Shown here: piece by piece, positions 45,101-57,070 of the stretch | How the letters are laid out: every line of letters starts with the position of its first letter | Numbering within the stretch: position 1 is the first letter of the stretch | Assembly: GCA_951406725.2 (NCBI GenBank) | Contig: OX597817.1 | Location: forward strand, 104,904,001 to 104,968,000 | Reading direction: 5' to 3' | DNA: 64,000 nt | From: Octopus vulgaris | Lineage: Eukaryota | Notes under the pieces: generated by a model | Seen by the model: the letters and a program-made list of their open reading frames with translations, nothing else | Database searches by the model: none | Told to the model about the DNA's origin: nothing | Translations under genes and position numbers: made by a program

Positions 45101-47376
45101 GTTTTGATCATTTGATTATCATCTTTTATTAATGGTCCATTAGAAGGACGCTTAAACAAAGGTAAGGACCCAACACTTGATGCTGTTTTCATGAACTGCT
45201 GCCTGCATCTTTTTGAACATTTTATAGACGTGACAAGTCTATATGGAAGATCTTTTAAATCTACAGAGCCACAGTAACCAAGTTCTGACAATACAACACA
45301 GCAGTGAATACTTCGAGCTATTTCAAATAAAATAGTATAGTGGTTTATAGATTTTTTATATTTGGATGACTTAGCCAACATACAGCTAAATAATTTACCG
45401 AAAGACAATTTTCGATTCTTTTTAAGCCCTGCTGCATATCTTGAACGGTCTGGTAATGATGGTGCCATATTGTCTGTATGATTTTGAAGCAATGTAGATG
45501 ATAACTGTGTGTTTGTTTGATACTGAGGTTGTAAGTTGGGTGGATAGGGATCATTTTGTACAAAACCATATCCATCTTCTCGTTCAAGTTTAGGAGGACT
45601 CATATCTCCAGGAACGTTTGTTGGTGTACAATCATCAAAGAATTCTTCTCGTTCTTTTATTACCAGAAGGTTTGAAGGGGATTTTTTCTTTTTATTTGAA
45701 TTTTTTTGTTTTGATTTAACAGAGGAAAAACCTGGTGCAATCGTTAGCTTTGGGGGAGAAGAATATATCTGACGTTTAGAAGGTACTGGAGGTATTTTCA
45801 TGTCCCGAGAAAGAATTGGGCCTTTATTAGAATCAGTGCAAATCTCTAGAGTGTTCTGATTAATACTTACATTCCTGTGTGGTAAAATATTTGATAAAGT
45901 TTGTTTATAATCTGCAATACTAATTGGAACTGGATGGTGGTCTGATATAAAACTAGTCTGTGAAATAAACTCTTGGGATGGGGAATGCAAAGAATAAGCT
46001 GGGATGGAACTGGAGTTCATTTTGGAATTGGAGGGTGCCATGCTCCACAATGATCGTGAAGTACTCGTTAATTGCACTGGAGAGAAAGGAACAGTAGATT
46101 TTATGGAAGCAGGTATATCATATACTTTTGGAAAGGATTTCCTGGCCCGTGGACCATAAGGTCGTTTAGGATCGACCTTTTTTTGAGAAATGGATTCACT
46201 CTTACTAAAACTTAACCCAGAAGATGTATGAGGCACTGTTGGTGAATTTAACGAGGTTTTAGCATTGTCCACAGAAGAAAAGTTACATTTTAGTTGATTT
46301 GAACCATTGTTTTCAGATAGAGAACAATTCATACCATTGTTTACAAGAGTTGAAGGAGCACATTTCTGTGTTAAACAGGCAGTCTTTAAGTTACAACTAC
46401 CAGTAATAATTTTAGAATTTTCTGATGTTCCAGTAATATCTCTATTTCCCCTGATGTTCTCTACAGATTCTCTCAGTTTAGCACACTGAGTAGCATAGTC
46501 ACTTGCATTCTCTGCAGATTTTGGTAAAATAGAGACATGCTTTCTCACATGCACATTTGTTTCTTGCAAATTCCCTACTTTATTTGGTACAGTCATTTTG
46601 GCGGCTGTTGGGAGAGGTGCACCAGAGAGTTTATCAGAGTCAGACAAATCTGATTTGACTAGTATCTTATCATGAAGGGGTGATGAATTAGATGTTACTG
46701 ACTGATTAATTCGATCAGCTGGGTTAGCTGCCTGAGAAGCAATTAGCTTGTTTTGACTTGATGAAATAGCTGTTAGAGAGGGATTTATTAGAGATAAATC
46801 GCTTGTACCAGATGTTGGAATGAGCAAATATTGTTTAGGTTGCATTTTAGATTGTGTTTGTGAACCAGTAGTTAATATAACCATTCCAGGTTTATTATTG
46901 GAAATCTGATATAAAATTTGATTGTTATCAGCAACTGATGTGGTGGTTGTTGTTGTTGTTGTTGTACTTGATGTTACATTAGATGCATTGCAGTTAATTT
47001 TTACAGAATGGAAGTCAGGTGGATAAGTTTTGTCTGTTACTAACAGTAGCTTCTTAGTTCCATTTGTTGGGGAAGTGATAGTGATTAGGGAGTGAATATT
47101 TGATTTAATAGCTGCTGGTGTATGGGGCTCAGCTGGAGATGAAATAGATAAGCCTGTCTGTGTAGCATCTGACTGTGACTTGAGATTTGTCTTTGTAATA
47201 GTTGAAGTTTTTTTAACACGAATAAATGGCTCTGCTGGTGCTATAACTTTTACTGCTCTGGGTTTTGACTTTCTAAGGCGAATGTGGTGATGTTTATTCT
47301 TATCATTTTCACTTTTCTTTGGTCTCCCACGCCGAGGCTTGACATTTGTAGCAGGATCGCTTGAATTTTGCTCCAT
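42172..47376 (-). CDS. Uncharacterised 1734-aa low-complexity nuclear protein with three AT-hooks and a C-terminal coiled coil (possible LRIF1-like chromatin adaptor)
   Basis: Uninterrupted 5205-nt ORF in AT-rich DNA with no TE domains seen. Acceptor ttttttttccag| at 47401, with an in-frame TGA between it and the ATG, so the ATG is probably the true start. AT-hooks PRRGRPKK, KKRGRPPK and RKRGRPAK; several basic NLS-like tracts. Confidence 0.9.
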   Translation of the reverse strand: MEQNSSDPATNVKPRRGRPKKSENDKNKHHHIRLRKSKPRAVKVIAPAEPFIRVKKTSTITKTNLKSQSDATQTGLSISSPAEPHTPAAIKSNIHSLITITSPTNGTKKLLLVTDKTYPPDFHSVKINCNASNVTSSTTTTTTTTTSVADNNQILYQISNNKPGMVILTTGSQTQSKMQPKQYLLIPTSGTSDLSLINPSLTAISSSQNKLIASQAANPADRINQSVTSNSSPLHDKILVKSDLSDSDKLSGAPLPTAAKMTVPNKVGNLQETNVHVRKHVSILPKSAENASDYATQCAKLRESVENIRGNRDITGTSENSKIITGSCNLKTACLTQKCAPSTLVNNGMNCSLSENNGSNQLKCNFSSVDNAKTSLNSPTVPHTSSGLSFSKSESISQKKVDPKRPYGPRARKSFPKVYDIPASIKSTVPFSPVQLTSTSRSLWSMAPSNSKMNSSSIPAYSLHSPSQEFISQTSFISDHHPVPISIADYKQTLSNILPHRNVSINQNTLEICTDSNKGPILSRDMKIPPVPSKRQIYSSPPKLTIAPGFSSVKSKQKNSNKKKKSPSNLLVIKEREEFFDDCTPTNVPGDMSPPKLEREDGYGFVQNDPYPPNLQPQYQTNTQLSSTLLQNHTDNMAPSLPDRSRYAAGLKKNRKLSFGKLFSCMLAKSSKYKKSINHYTILFEIARSIHCCVVLSELGYCGSVDLKDLPYRLVTSIKCSKRCRQQFMKTASSVGSLPLFKRPSNGPLIKDDNQMIKTEKPASLHTSNLDYPTEFSDKNIIQSDTLQMKHFSGNYVSLLKQPELRSESFIHAPVMKPQFYGNPGVPNSSQTLNTHSQTVDTEHNYFKLSNDKLTANYTNSYADINKESLPIFNNNCGNESVPNSLNTFSKAPNNAALSSKAAISNTGALITPLPPSPLPPPPFSTENSIIGKLKYEIVPKEKFLSMNCSSNMIPVTKNQNDACKNGILKGNSNNQLVPNPKNLGYKNAEGLEKTTISQQRNISCLTKSPEQLLLPSKSEIIIKKKKFGKNKIERKRKTFDEKMQLLKENECFMNNTINSALTNNVMSKLTIKKNIKKQSNYEHAPSLEEVKSFYNEPTTTDRVVMLDPNDRLITRKKSEKEKKVPKKRGRPPKDRSFKLSEKPCVKTQFGKRLLKRKYKKAKLQKVKTSGSMNSLIIEIQEKLTRNQGNISKDIKPVLQCPKKLNIQNIIDAIYMASSRKKKVRLSLSSSKLNSVCKKPVNWKKIARQPFKNHDFTENSFDIKSKTARKLISTTVSNCSSNPNFVTCKTELKDTLDIKNICTDLINTQKINEYQTSLNNFSTLNNSSTTVSRPPGRKRGRPAKLKVRPVSGTLNYDHTYQTGIPPCDNSLLKNSSAVAKHNILQASKKSFRRRKSSKRRGKYCLSTQTTRLTGMDTKVPSHNSVSLMDDHSSNLQTDMEATEEIKLPCLRKKRKIVAQNKAWKKRKKTSKIHSKHSNDVLERQVLKCPCGTDGENITNETKLPLTTGSLLSCSNMIKECVRDNIDEDKIIKEPSVDYDDVLSENNIFKKHDCKKTFDNVTELPPSSPVPILVNNSSDVIKLVPSKSVSLQQPLSPSLDSTECDNFSESNMSPFSKTSQASMYSQDDLEQTFASSDVTEVCHPCGTSPDDTENSPKFSLSQPSPVNLSANDNSFTIQPKYSETDQEANITRTHHSALLNKFNVGLTPELARIQRLKDKLEQQKKTIDIVKQKLS

Positions 47377-48740
47377 TTTAGCTTTATAGCATCACAGAGA
47401 CCTGGAAAAAAAAAAAAAAGAATGATTAAAAAACTTTGCATTTGTAAATAGATTTTAAAAGCTCTAACAATAACATAGGATAGAATATAAGAATTTAGTG
47501 GAGAGCTGCCGACAGATTGATCTCCTTGTTGAGTTGACTGATCGACTGTCTTAGCAGCACTATTTCTCATTTTCAAAGACAACCTTCAAACTGTTATCAC
47601 AGTTTCTTATACCATAAATTTGTCTAATCACTGCCAAATTGAGAGTTGAACCTGCAAGCTTTCCCTGATTGTATCTCTTTTGCTAAGAAGATTGCTATTA
47701 ACAAGTTGGCTCTGTAAACAATATTTCCATGGACAAAAATCCTGTATCTACCACTGGGTTAGCACCTAAACCCATTCAACACAAACAATAAAACTCTCCA
47801 TGGATTCACCATCTCAAACTGAATACTACATGGATACAGTGGTCACATAGGAGCGAGTCCTGTTATTAATTAAAGCTCATCAAGTTGATCAATCCTGAAA
47901 ACGTTTCTGCTACCATCATACTAGAAAAAAAATTATATGAAGCTGCCTTCTATCCTCACCAAATCCCTCTCTCTTTCTAGGATATCTATCCCTAGTTGTG
48001 GAAATACAAGACAATGAGTCTCATTCTCAAAAATGGCAACCTTACCAGATATCCTTCCACTTCCAAAATCCTTGAAGTAAAATCTTTTATTACACTTCAT
48101 TTATTTGCTTACTCAGCAATGACTAATACATTTTTCATAAAGCTAGATCTACTTGATATTTACTTTCTTATATCACATCTTGTTTCGAGATTTCAACAAA
48201 AGCAAACATGTTGCCCATGATATCAGCATAAAAACCACCTTCTAGTAAAGAATGTTATCCCTTTGATAGGAAATTTCTTGCGAGACTACCATCCTAACAA
48301 GTCTGCAGTGTCTCAATGTTTGGTTATATCTTGCACAATCTCACCTTCTGTACATTAATCACTTGATAGCTGTTAACTCTACTAATCATATCCTCTTATA
48401 CAGATCCCATAACATTCTAAAATGGATTAATTCTTAAATAAACACACACACACAATCATTTTAGATTGCATCCAAATCAGGGCAACCAAGTTATAAGCAA
48501 GTTTTCATTAACTAACATTGTTACACTGTTCTGTTTTGCACTCTTGACTTTTCAACTACAACTAAAATTGTTTCTGTAATGTTACTAAGCAAAGCTGCAT
48601 TCTTATTCTAACATTGTTTGAAATTTAATGCATAATGTCTTTGGTTTGTCCAATGAGGATATTTCTAAACCAACCAGTTCACATATGAAACTAATTTCAC
48701 AAGGCTCAGAACAAAGACAAATTTCAGTTAAGATACCTAA

Positions 48741-48906
48741 CCCTTTAGCATTCAGATTACTCTGTCAAACATAATACATATTCATTCACATTGATTTGAA
48801 TTAATCATGAAGCTTTGAGCTTTCAATGATGTGATTGCTTAAGTTTTGAATAACATTGTTAGATATAAGTGAGAATCCAGATTTGGCCAGTTTGAATGCT
48901 GAAGGG
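48741..48906. mobile_element. piggyBac-type MITE
   Basis: CTAA|CCCTTTAGCATTCA ... TGAATGCTGAAGGG|TTAA; related copies at 55713 and 62230. Confidence 0.75.
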
Positions 48907-51494
48907 TTAAAGGTTTCTGTTTTCTGCATTTACTACCCATCTTCAGATGATGAGTCCAAGCTTGGATAACACTCCAGTAGAGTCTATGTAAACTGTATTC
49001 AACTATCTCAACAGACATTGGGAAGTTTGTGGCTATTTTGTCCAAACTTGAGTGAATAAGGAATTTACTATATTAACCAAGAACCTTGCTGATGGCAATA
49101 TTTACATGTAGGACTGGCAGTTATATTACATCTGGAGACTGAGGGTTTACAGAGAGTAGGCCACATACAGTATGGGATTTTGGGGGTGGGGAAATATAAA
49201 ATTAGTAAATGCAATAATTTTTTGGATACATTCTTTATGAAGATGCCAATTTCCATAAGTTTTCCTTAAATCGCATAGCCCCAATTTTTGGATCTACTCT
49301 CAGAGCTGCAAATGCAAATTTTTCATTATCATCAACTTAATGAAAATATAGCATCTGCTTGCTTGGATGTGCATGTCAGCAGATTAACTGCTTGTCAACA
49401 CAGCCATTAATTACTATGTTTATATCTCTCTTCATCTATTACTATTTTCCCTCTAACTTCTCTACTATAATGACCATTTAACCCACCCTTATCCTTGTCT
49501 TCTTTTATCTGACCAATCTTTTTACACATCTTCTCTGCCTTTATTTTATTCTATTCAGAATGTTTTGCCCCTCAATTTACTGGCACAACTTTTCTTACTA
49601 CTCTTTCCCTTTCTTTATATTGTTTAATTCTACATTAGGTGTGTGTGTGTGTAATGACCATTGACTTTCCCATTCTCAGTCCATTACTCCGACCACTCTT
49701 TCTCCTTCCACATTCCTGTAGTACAACAGCAAGAAACCAACAAAAGAAAAAAATCATTTGGCCCTTTATATTGGTGATCATAATAATCTAATTAGCACAT
49801 TTTTAATTTCTGTACTTGTATGATTATTTACAATGTCTACATTTTATATTGTATGAACAAAATTTATATATATATAAAAAAATTGATGAAGTGAGAACCC
49901 CCACCGTATAACTGTAGTTGACACCAGTTTAGTTACTAACAGATGGCTTATAACTTCCTTTGGGCTCACATTTTTCAAAATTCATTTTAGTGTTGAGATT
50001 ATAGGTCATAAGAAGAAAACTAGATATGGTTCCCAAAAAGTAAGTCGACTGAATTAGTTAAGAATATTTACTTTCATTGAAACAAATGATAAGGAAGAGT
50101 TTGAAGCTTTTGCTGCAACAGCAAATATATTAATGTTAAAGTGAATATTATCAGAACTGAAAAGTAGTGATAAACTATATCATGACAACTACAAAAAAGA
50201 AATGGATTTAATTTCTAGTTGGTTTTCACTTTTTATTGACTTACAGATTCACTTTCAATATCTAAACAAATACTCTTTATGTAAACTTTTACCCTTCACC
50301 AGAAAGAAAGAAACTAATGCTGTATACACAAGTGAATTTAAAGTCTAGTTAATTGGTTCAATAAGTTTAATTTGTTGATGTTCTTCGAAACTTTATTGAA
50401 ACATAAATAAAGCTGAAGTATTTGTTTGGGTACAGTAGTATAAACAGTAAATTATATTGTAGCGTTTGTAATATAAAATAAAAAAATAAAATAAAAATAC
50501 TAAAGAATTAAGAAATACTACAGACCTGTCAAAGCCTATGGACATACAAAATGAAAAGTCACACAGTGAAGTGGCTATAACATTTACAAAAAAACTTAGC
50601 AAAACCAGCTGTTGCTTAGTAAAATGAGGGAAGCATAAAACATCAAGCATGCTGGATTGGCTACCCTGGATCAACTCAATAACAACAATTGTGGTTTATG
50701 TTTCTGAAGCCAGGGTAGGTAGAATGAACAGTTGTTCACTTTAGTTTACTATTATTTGCAATTCAGTTAATTACCGAGTAATAACTGTTTTCAAAAGCTA
50801 CACAGAGACACAAATCTCATAAAACATACCATTTGACAGTATAATGCAGAAAAGTTACCATTATGTAAAACTTAATTTCTAATAAGAACAGTTGGAAAGT
50901 ACAACAATAGATTTGCCATTTTTATTAATAATTGTTAATTTTCAGAACAAAGCTCTAAAAGTAGTACCATTAAAACTCATTTTGGCTTAGAGATGCTGAG
51001 AACACACCTTCATTCTCTAACAGTATCAGAAGGAGGACTTGGCTCTACTGGAACAAGTCAACTCCATGCTATTCAGAGAGAAAGAAATGCTATCTCAACA
51101 TCTCTTCCATATACTATTATTATTGCAATGAACTGAGACAAGCATTATAATTTCAGTAAAGTAAAAATTAAAAGACCACTATCTAAATTTTCAGTACCAA
51201 CAAACCTGTGATTGCTAAAAACAAACCCAAAACATATCCCTAGATTCTTGTATCTAATAAAAACTACTGTGCTGATGAAGCATTTGCAAACAAGTAACAG
51301 AATAGTCTCAGAAGATATACACCACAGTATTTACAAACAACCAACAAATACAAACTCTAGAGCATGACTGGTGTTATTTTATCACACTCAGATGAAAAAC
51401 AAAATCAGTACCATCTGAGTTCAAACTAAGAATTCAATGATATAAAACTAAATACTGAAAAGCTTTTAGCCTGATGCATTTTGCTAATAGACAC

Positions 51495-52255
51495 AGGCAA
51501 GGCTGCATGGTTAAGATGCTTGCTTCCTAACCATATGATCTTGGGTTCAGTTCCACTGTGTGGAATCTTAGGCAAGTGTCTTCTACAATAGGCCAGGATC
51601 AACGAAAGAACATGAGGATTTGATAGATGAAAACTGAAAACAACCTACTGTGTGTATATATACATACATATGTATGAATATATGTGTGTGTGTTCACCCT
51701 TGTCTAGACATCACAGGACAGTTGTAAATGAGTAGCATCTTCATACAAGCGATCCATGGAAAAGTGCATGTTAAATGATGATGATGAATCTATTGTCACT
51801 TCAATAAAACAAATGTAAAAAATATGACATTTGGAAAATGACTGAAAATATACAGAGTGAAACCTATCGATACAGGTGCAGGTGTGGTTGCATGGTGAGA
51901 AGTTTACTTTCCAGCCATATGGTTTGGGGTTCAGTCCCACTGCATGACACCTTGTACAAGTCTCTTCAACAATAGCCTTGCACCAACCAAAACTTTGTAA
52001 GTGGATTTGGTAGACAGAAACTGAAAGAAGTCGGTTGTGTGTGTGTGTGTTTGTGTCTTTGTGTATGTATTTGTCTCTCACCACCACTTGTTGGTATGTT
52101 TACGTCCCTGTAACTTAGCAGTTTGGCAAAAAGAAACTGATAAGTACCAGGCTTTACAAAAATAAAAAGTATTGGGGTTGATTCATTTGACTAAAGTTCT
52201 TCAAGATTGTGCTCCAGCAGAGTTGCAGTCTAATGACTGAAACAAGTAAAAGATA
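51495..52255 (+). mobile_element. Two SINE copies
   Basis: GGGTTCAGTyCCACTG heads at ~51543 and ~51927 with the shared body and tails. Confidence 0.75.
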
Positions 52256-52498
52256 TTCAACTCGGGTGTTTATTTTTTAATTTCATTAAAATATAGAAGA
52301 AGAATTGGTCATCTATGGAGATGAAACAAATTTGTCACTGAAGTAATAAGGAAGAAATATCTATGTGATTAATCTGACTTGGTAGAAATAACAGTTAACT
52401 CTCCCTCATATCAAATTGTTATAATAAAAGAAGAGGGTCATATTGCACAATGTAGTTGTCTTAGAAACACTGAGTACAAAAAGAACACCAAATTGTTG

Positions 52499-52756
52499 TA
52501 ATAATAATAATAATAATAATAATTGTGTACAGTGCTCAGGTGCACTACAACTCATCTAAAGTGTATATATAATCAGGTGAAGTTTCGGCGGATTTCGGAA
52601 AGCATGAGGGCCTTAAAAGATGCAGTGTCATGGCAGTCAACAACTGACGCAGGCAGTTTATTCCATGCTTCAGCAACTCTGAGCGTGAAAAAATGTTTCC
52701 GAAAGTCATGGGAGCTGTATTGTTTTCTGACTTTGTAGGCATGTCCACGTGTGTTA
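52499..52756 (-). mobile_element. Short 3' copy of the CR1 LINE at 25835-28145
   Basis: Appears identical to ~25835-26085; the ORF track gives the same 71-aa peptide at 25852 and 52523. (ATT)n tail. Confidence 0.95.
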
Positions 52757-54510
52757 TGGAATGACTTGATCATAGGCTGTAGTTTTAGGAGAGATGTAAA
52801 AACAACAAATGCAAATGAATTAACCAAGCTTCAAATGAAAAATAAAAAAGCAAAACAATGAAATTGCTAATTGGAAAATAATTTGATTATTTTTAAATAC
52901 ATAATCACTTTATGAAAATTTTTTATCAACTAAATGAAGATTATGATTTAAATGAGCATACCAGTCATTAAAATTTACAAGTTCTGACCCTTTCTCCCTT
53001 GGAATTCATAGTTATGTGGGTAACTAGGCAATTCCAACAGTGCTGGTGGCATGAAAAAAGCACCCCGTACAAACTCTAAAGTGGTTGGCATTAAGAAGGG
53101 CATCCAGCCATAGAAATTATGTTGGAGTGGACACTGGAGCATGATGCAGACCTCGGATCATCAATCAGATCCTATCAACCTGTTCAACCCATGCCAACAT
53201 GGAACATGGCATTTAATTATATGTACAATCATTTTGATGTCCATATTTCCCTACTTGCATTGGTCAGTTGGAATTTGTTTAGGCAAATTTTCTATGACCA
53301 ATGCCTATGCAGTCAACTCTCTTCTATTTCCAAGCAAGGTAATATTTCTCATGTCCAGACATGTTTTTATGGAGGATTGAAAATTAACAATATTGCATGA
53401 GTAATGCTCATTAACAACTGTTGCATGATATCAAGGAGACACAGATACACACATTTATACAAATATCGAACAGTGAGAATGGGCGCTCAACACTGTAACC
53501 AAGAGATCTTCACAATCATTCAGGTATACCGCATGGAAGTGTTGGTACTCACCTCCACTTTGGATGAGAATACATGAGATTGAACAGGATTTCAAAATAA
53601 ATACACAGATCATGGGAGGTAACTAATAAGAATACCTTGTTACTTCCCTTGTGTTAGACCTGGATTTTTGCAAGAAATTGTGTTTATAAATTATTTAATT
53701 TTCTAATGCAATAGTATTCATATATATATATATATATATGTAAATGTATTGTGTGTGAGAGATTAAATATACTTGGTGATCTTTTGCTCTTTGAAAGAAT
53801 TGTTTTCTTGGAAACTGGAAGTTTTCACTTTCTCTTAGCTATATTTAATGTCTCTGATTGTCATTCACTCCACCTCCAGTTACTGTTTCAGGTCTCCCAC
53901 TACCAATATGCCCTCAAACAAAAACAAAGTAAATTGAAAATTATATCATATCAAAGAATTATAAACATCTAAAACTCTTAAATTTATAAGATACTAATTT
54001 CCAAACATGTGCATGGATAAGAGGCTCAAACTAGTACAGAAATATAAAAAAAGAATATGAAAAGATAAATGAAATAAACTTCCTAGAAATAGCCTCCAGT
54101 TTAGAGCTGACAACATTGCTAAGATGAATATGACTTTTTTTACCTATGTCAAACTTCTTGGTATCGTTTATTCAAAATTTTCAGACCAGAATTTCCAGGC
54201 TAAATTTCAACTATTAGATGGATATTACTTATGAGGAGCTGACATTCAAAGTACAATTTAAGGTATAATATCAGTTAGCAGCAGAGCTCCTAATGTCCTC
54301 TTAAGTAAATGAGGAAGAGAAACAAGACACCCCCACCCCCAAAAAGTACTACCAATTATTCAGTATATGCACCAACACACATTCCGCCAAGTTAAAATAG
54401 CCCTGTAGCTCTTATCAATACTTACAGGCATCTACTATTGTTTCTTAACCTTCATAATAATCACATTCATCACACAATTTTTTAAATTTCTAATTAGGTA
54501 ATTCAATCTA

Positions 54511-55704
54511 TCAGGTTGAGTAAAAAGTAAGCAATGTTTTCAACCATGAAGAATTTGTATTGGATTTTTGCAGAATTTTGAATTTTTTAAAAACATTTCT
54601 TTTGCAATTGTCTGATAATACAGACACAGACTTGCTCAAATGCATCAATAAATTAACATTGATATTTTTTTCACTGTTAATACAATCATCTGAAATGGAA
54701 CTATCAAAGTGTGATATTCAAGCAATTTTGCAATTCAACTTCAAAAAGGGATGTAAAGCAGTTGAAACTGCTTGTGATATCAATGAAATGTTTGGTGGGG
54801 AATTGACCAGTGAATGGTCAGTTAGAAAATTGTTTAAACTATTTCACAGTGGAGATCTGAGCCTTGAAGATCATGAGCATAGTGGATACCCATCTGTCAT
54901 TGATGACAATCAAAGACCATCATTGAGAAAGATCCTCATAAAACCATGAGAACTGGCAAAAGAACTTCAAGTTAGCTAAAAAACTGCCTGCAACTATTTG
55001 CATGTGATTGGAAAATCAAAAGCGCTCGACAAATGGGTACCACACAATTTGAATGAAAATCAGAAAATGTGCAGATATGCAATTTGCTCGTTACTTCTCT
55101 GTAATCAGATTGATCCATTTCTCGATCATATTGTAGCTTGCAATGAAAAGTGGATTCTGTACAATAATAAAAAAACATTCTTTGCAATGGTTTGATGGTG
55201 TACTGCTGGACTCATCCACTATAACTTCTTAAAACTCCAAAAAACCATTACTGAAGAAACATATTGCCATAAAATTGCCAAAATGAATGAAAAACTGCTA
55301 CTCCTCCACCCCAGACTGGTCAACAGAAGAGGGCCAATCATTCTCGATCATGTTTCACTAATGATACTCAAGAAATTGAGGGAACTTGGCTATGAAGTTC
55401 TTCCCCACCCAGCTTATTCCTCAGACCTTTCTCTTACTGACTATCACTTTTCCAAGCACTTTGATGGTTCCCTGTGAGAGAAGGAGTTCAGAAATCAAAT
55501 TGACGCTGAAAGTGTGTTCTAAGAGTTCTTCAGTTCGAGAACTCCAGATTTTTATGTTACTGGAATAAACAAACTTGTAACTCATTGGCAAAAATATGTT
55601 GATTGTAATGGTGCTTATTTTGATGAATAAAATTTCCACATCGTTGAAATATATTGTGATGAATTTCATGCTTCAAAACATTGCTTACTTTCTACTCAGC
55701 CTGA
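54511..55704 (+). mobile_element. Near-full-length mariner with defective transposase (~54695-55630)
   Basis: TA|TCAGGTTGAGTAAAAAGTAAGCAATGTTTT ... AAAACATTGCTTACTTTCTACTCAGCCTGA|TA. Motifs WVPHNL, CNEKWILYNN and HPAYSSDLSLTDYHF; frameshifts. Confidence 0.95.
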
Positions 55705-55712
55705 TAGTTTAA

Positions 55713-55920
55713 CCCTTCAGCATTCACATCATTCTGTCAAAAGTAATGCTTATTTATTCACATTGTTTTGAATTAATCATGTTTTGAGATTCTGATGAGG
55801 TAACTCTTAACTTTTAGAATGATATTGTAAGGTTGGTGTGAGAGGCCAGATATGGCTAGTTTGAACATAAAACAGGTAGAATATTTTAGCTGGATATGGC
55901 CAGTTTACATGCGAAAAGGA
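55713..55920. mobile_element. piggyBac-type MITE
   Basis: TTAA|CCCTTCAGCATTCA ... AAAAGGA|TTAA. Confidence 0.7.
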
Positions 55921-56129
55921 TTAAGGTTATAAATATTAAAATGAAAATGATTAATAACGATAATTTATACATACAGAACTGAAGTAGAAATTCAATTTGA
56001 GCTTAAATAACAAATTAATTGCAAACCATAAAGATTTCAAATAGATAAGTTCATTAAAATCCTCCAAAATCACATTGTTCATCATCTTCAGCTCAGAATA
56101 AGTTATAATCATCACGGAGAGTGGTATCA

Positions 56130-57070
56130 ATGCTAGGACTTTCATCATCATCTCATGTGTATTTATCTTCTGTCCCATCATATGCATTCAAAATTCTCTT
56201 TCTTGAAAGATTTTATAATAATGTCAACTTATAATTTCCTTTCATAGATTAAAGATAGTGATGGAATGTGCATAGTGCCTCCTTTCCATGTAGGATTTTA
56301 CCCTTCATCATGAATCCAGTTACTTAATTTTGTTTTCACCATGTCCTCAAATGGTTTATTTACATCAACAGTAAACTGTTGTAAAATACTCACAAGTCTA
56401 CTAAGTGTTACCCCTATGTAAGTATTTTGCAGTCAGACTTTAACAGAAATACTCTTCACTACATGTGATCTAAACTTATTTCAGGTGAACAAACCTTCTC
56501 CTTCCTTTCATAGTCCAAGTTGTAAATGCCAAACTTCTTCAATCCATGTTCATCCATTGAGTCTTGTGGTTGATTACATACAATTCTTTTTGGAATAGTT
56601 TTCTCTGAAAAATAACCATCTGACTACTTTTTTGTGTTTTCCATCAGTACCATTTGCTACAAAAGAAGGAACTACAGGAAATCTTATTTTCTCATGCTCA
56701 ATAGTTTTCATCAGTAATATTTCCTATTTAGTTTGCAGATCATCTCTTTGTATGTCAAGATTAACAGGTTTCATCCCCTTTTTCTCTGTATGATTATCTC
56801 TAACTTTCCTTCTGATTTCTGATAGCAAATTAAGGAAATAGAAGTAACATACTATTTGGATCAGCAGACAACTTTTGTGCCATCTTACCTCATAAGCTCT
56901 GTGCCCTGCTAAAATTTGCCCTAAAATCTAAAATTCTACCCTTTTCTGATTACTTATGCATATAGTTCAGAGGCTCCATGAGGTACATATTTTTTTCATC
57001 TTAATGTTTTCCAAGTACCTTCTCAACAACTTTCATCTGAAATTGTAAGGTTGAACTTCTATTCTCAGAG
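56130..57070 (-). mobile_element. Old pogo (POGK-like DDE_1) transposase remnant
   Basis: Minus-strand fragments FQMKVVE, MAQKLSAD, EHEKIRFPVV, WIEEVW, FRSHV, VDVNKPFEDMV..NWI..TWKGG..PSL, IIIKSFKK and NAYDGTED occur in the pogo order. Confidence 0.7.

Noticed and set aside
43094-46489. Small ORFs overlapping the 1734-aa ORF
   Set aside because: Antisense or alternate-frame by-products with no independent support.
50990-51060. EGGLGSTG resembling dUTPase motif V
   Set aside because: No other dUTPase motifs nearby; equally compatible with a non-LTR retroelement GGLG remnant or chance.
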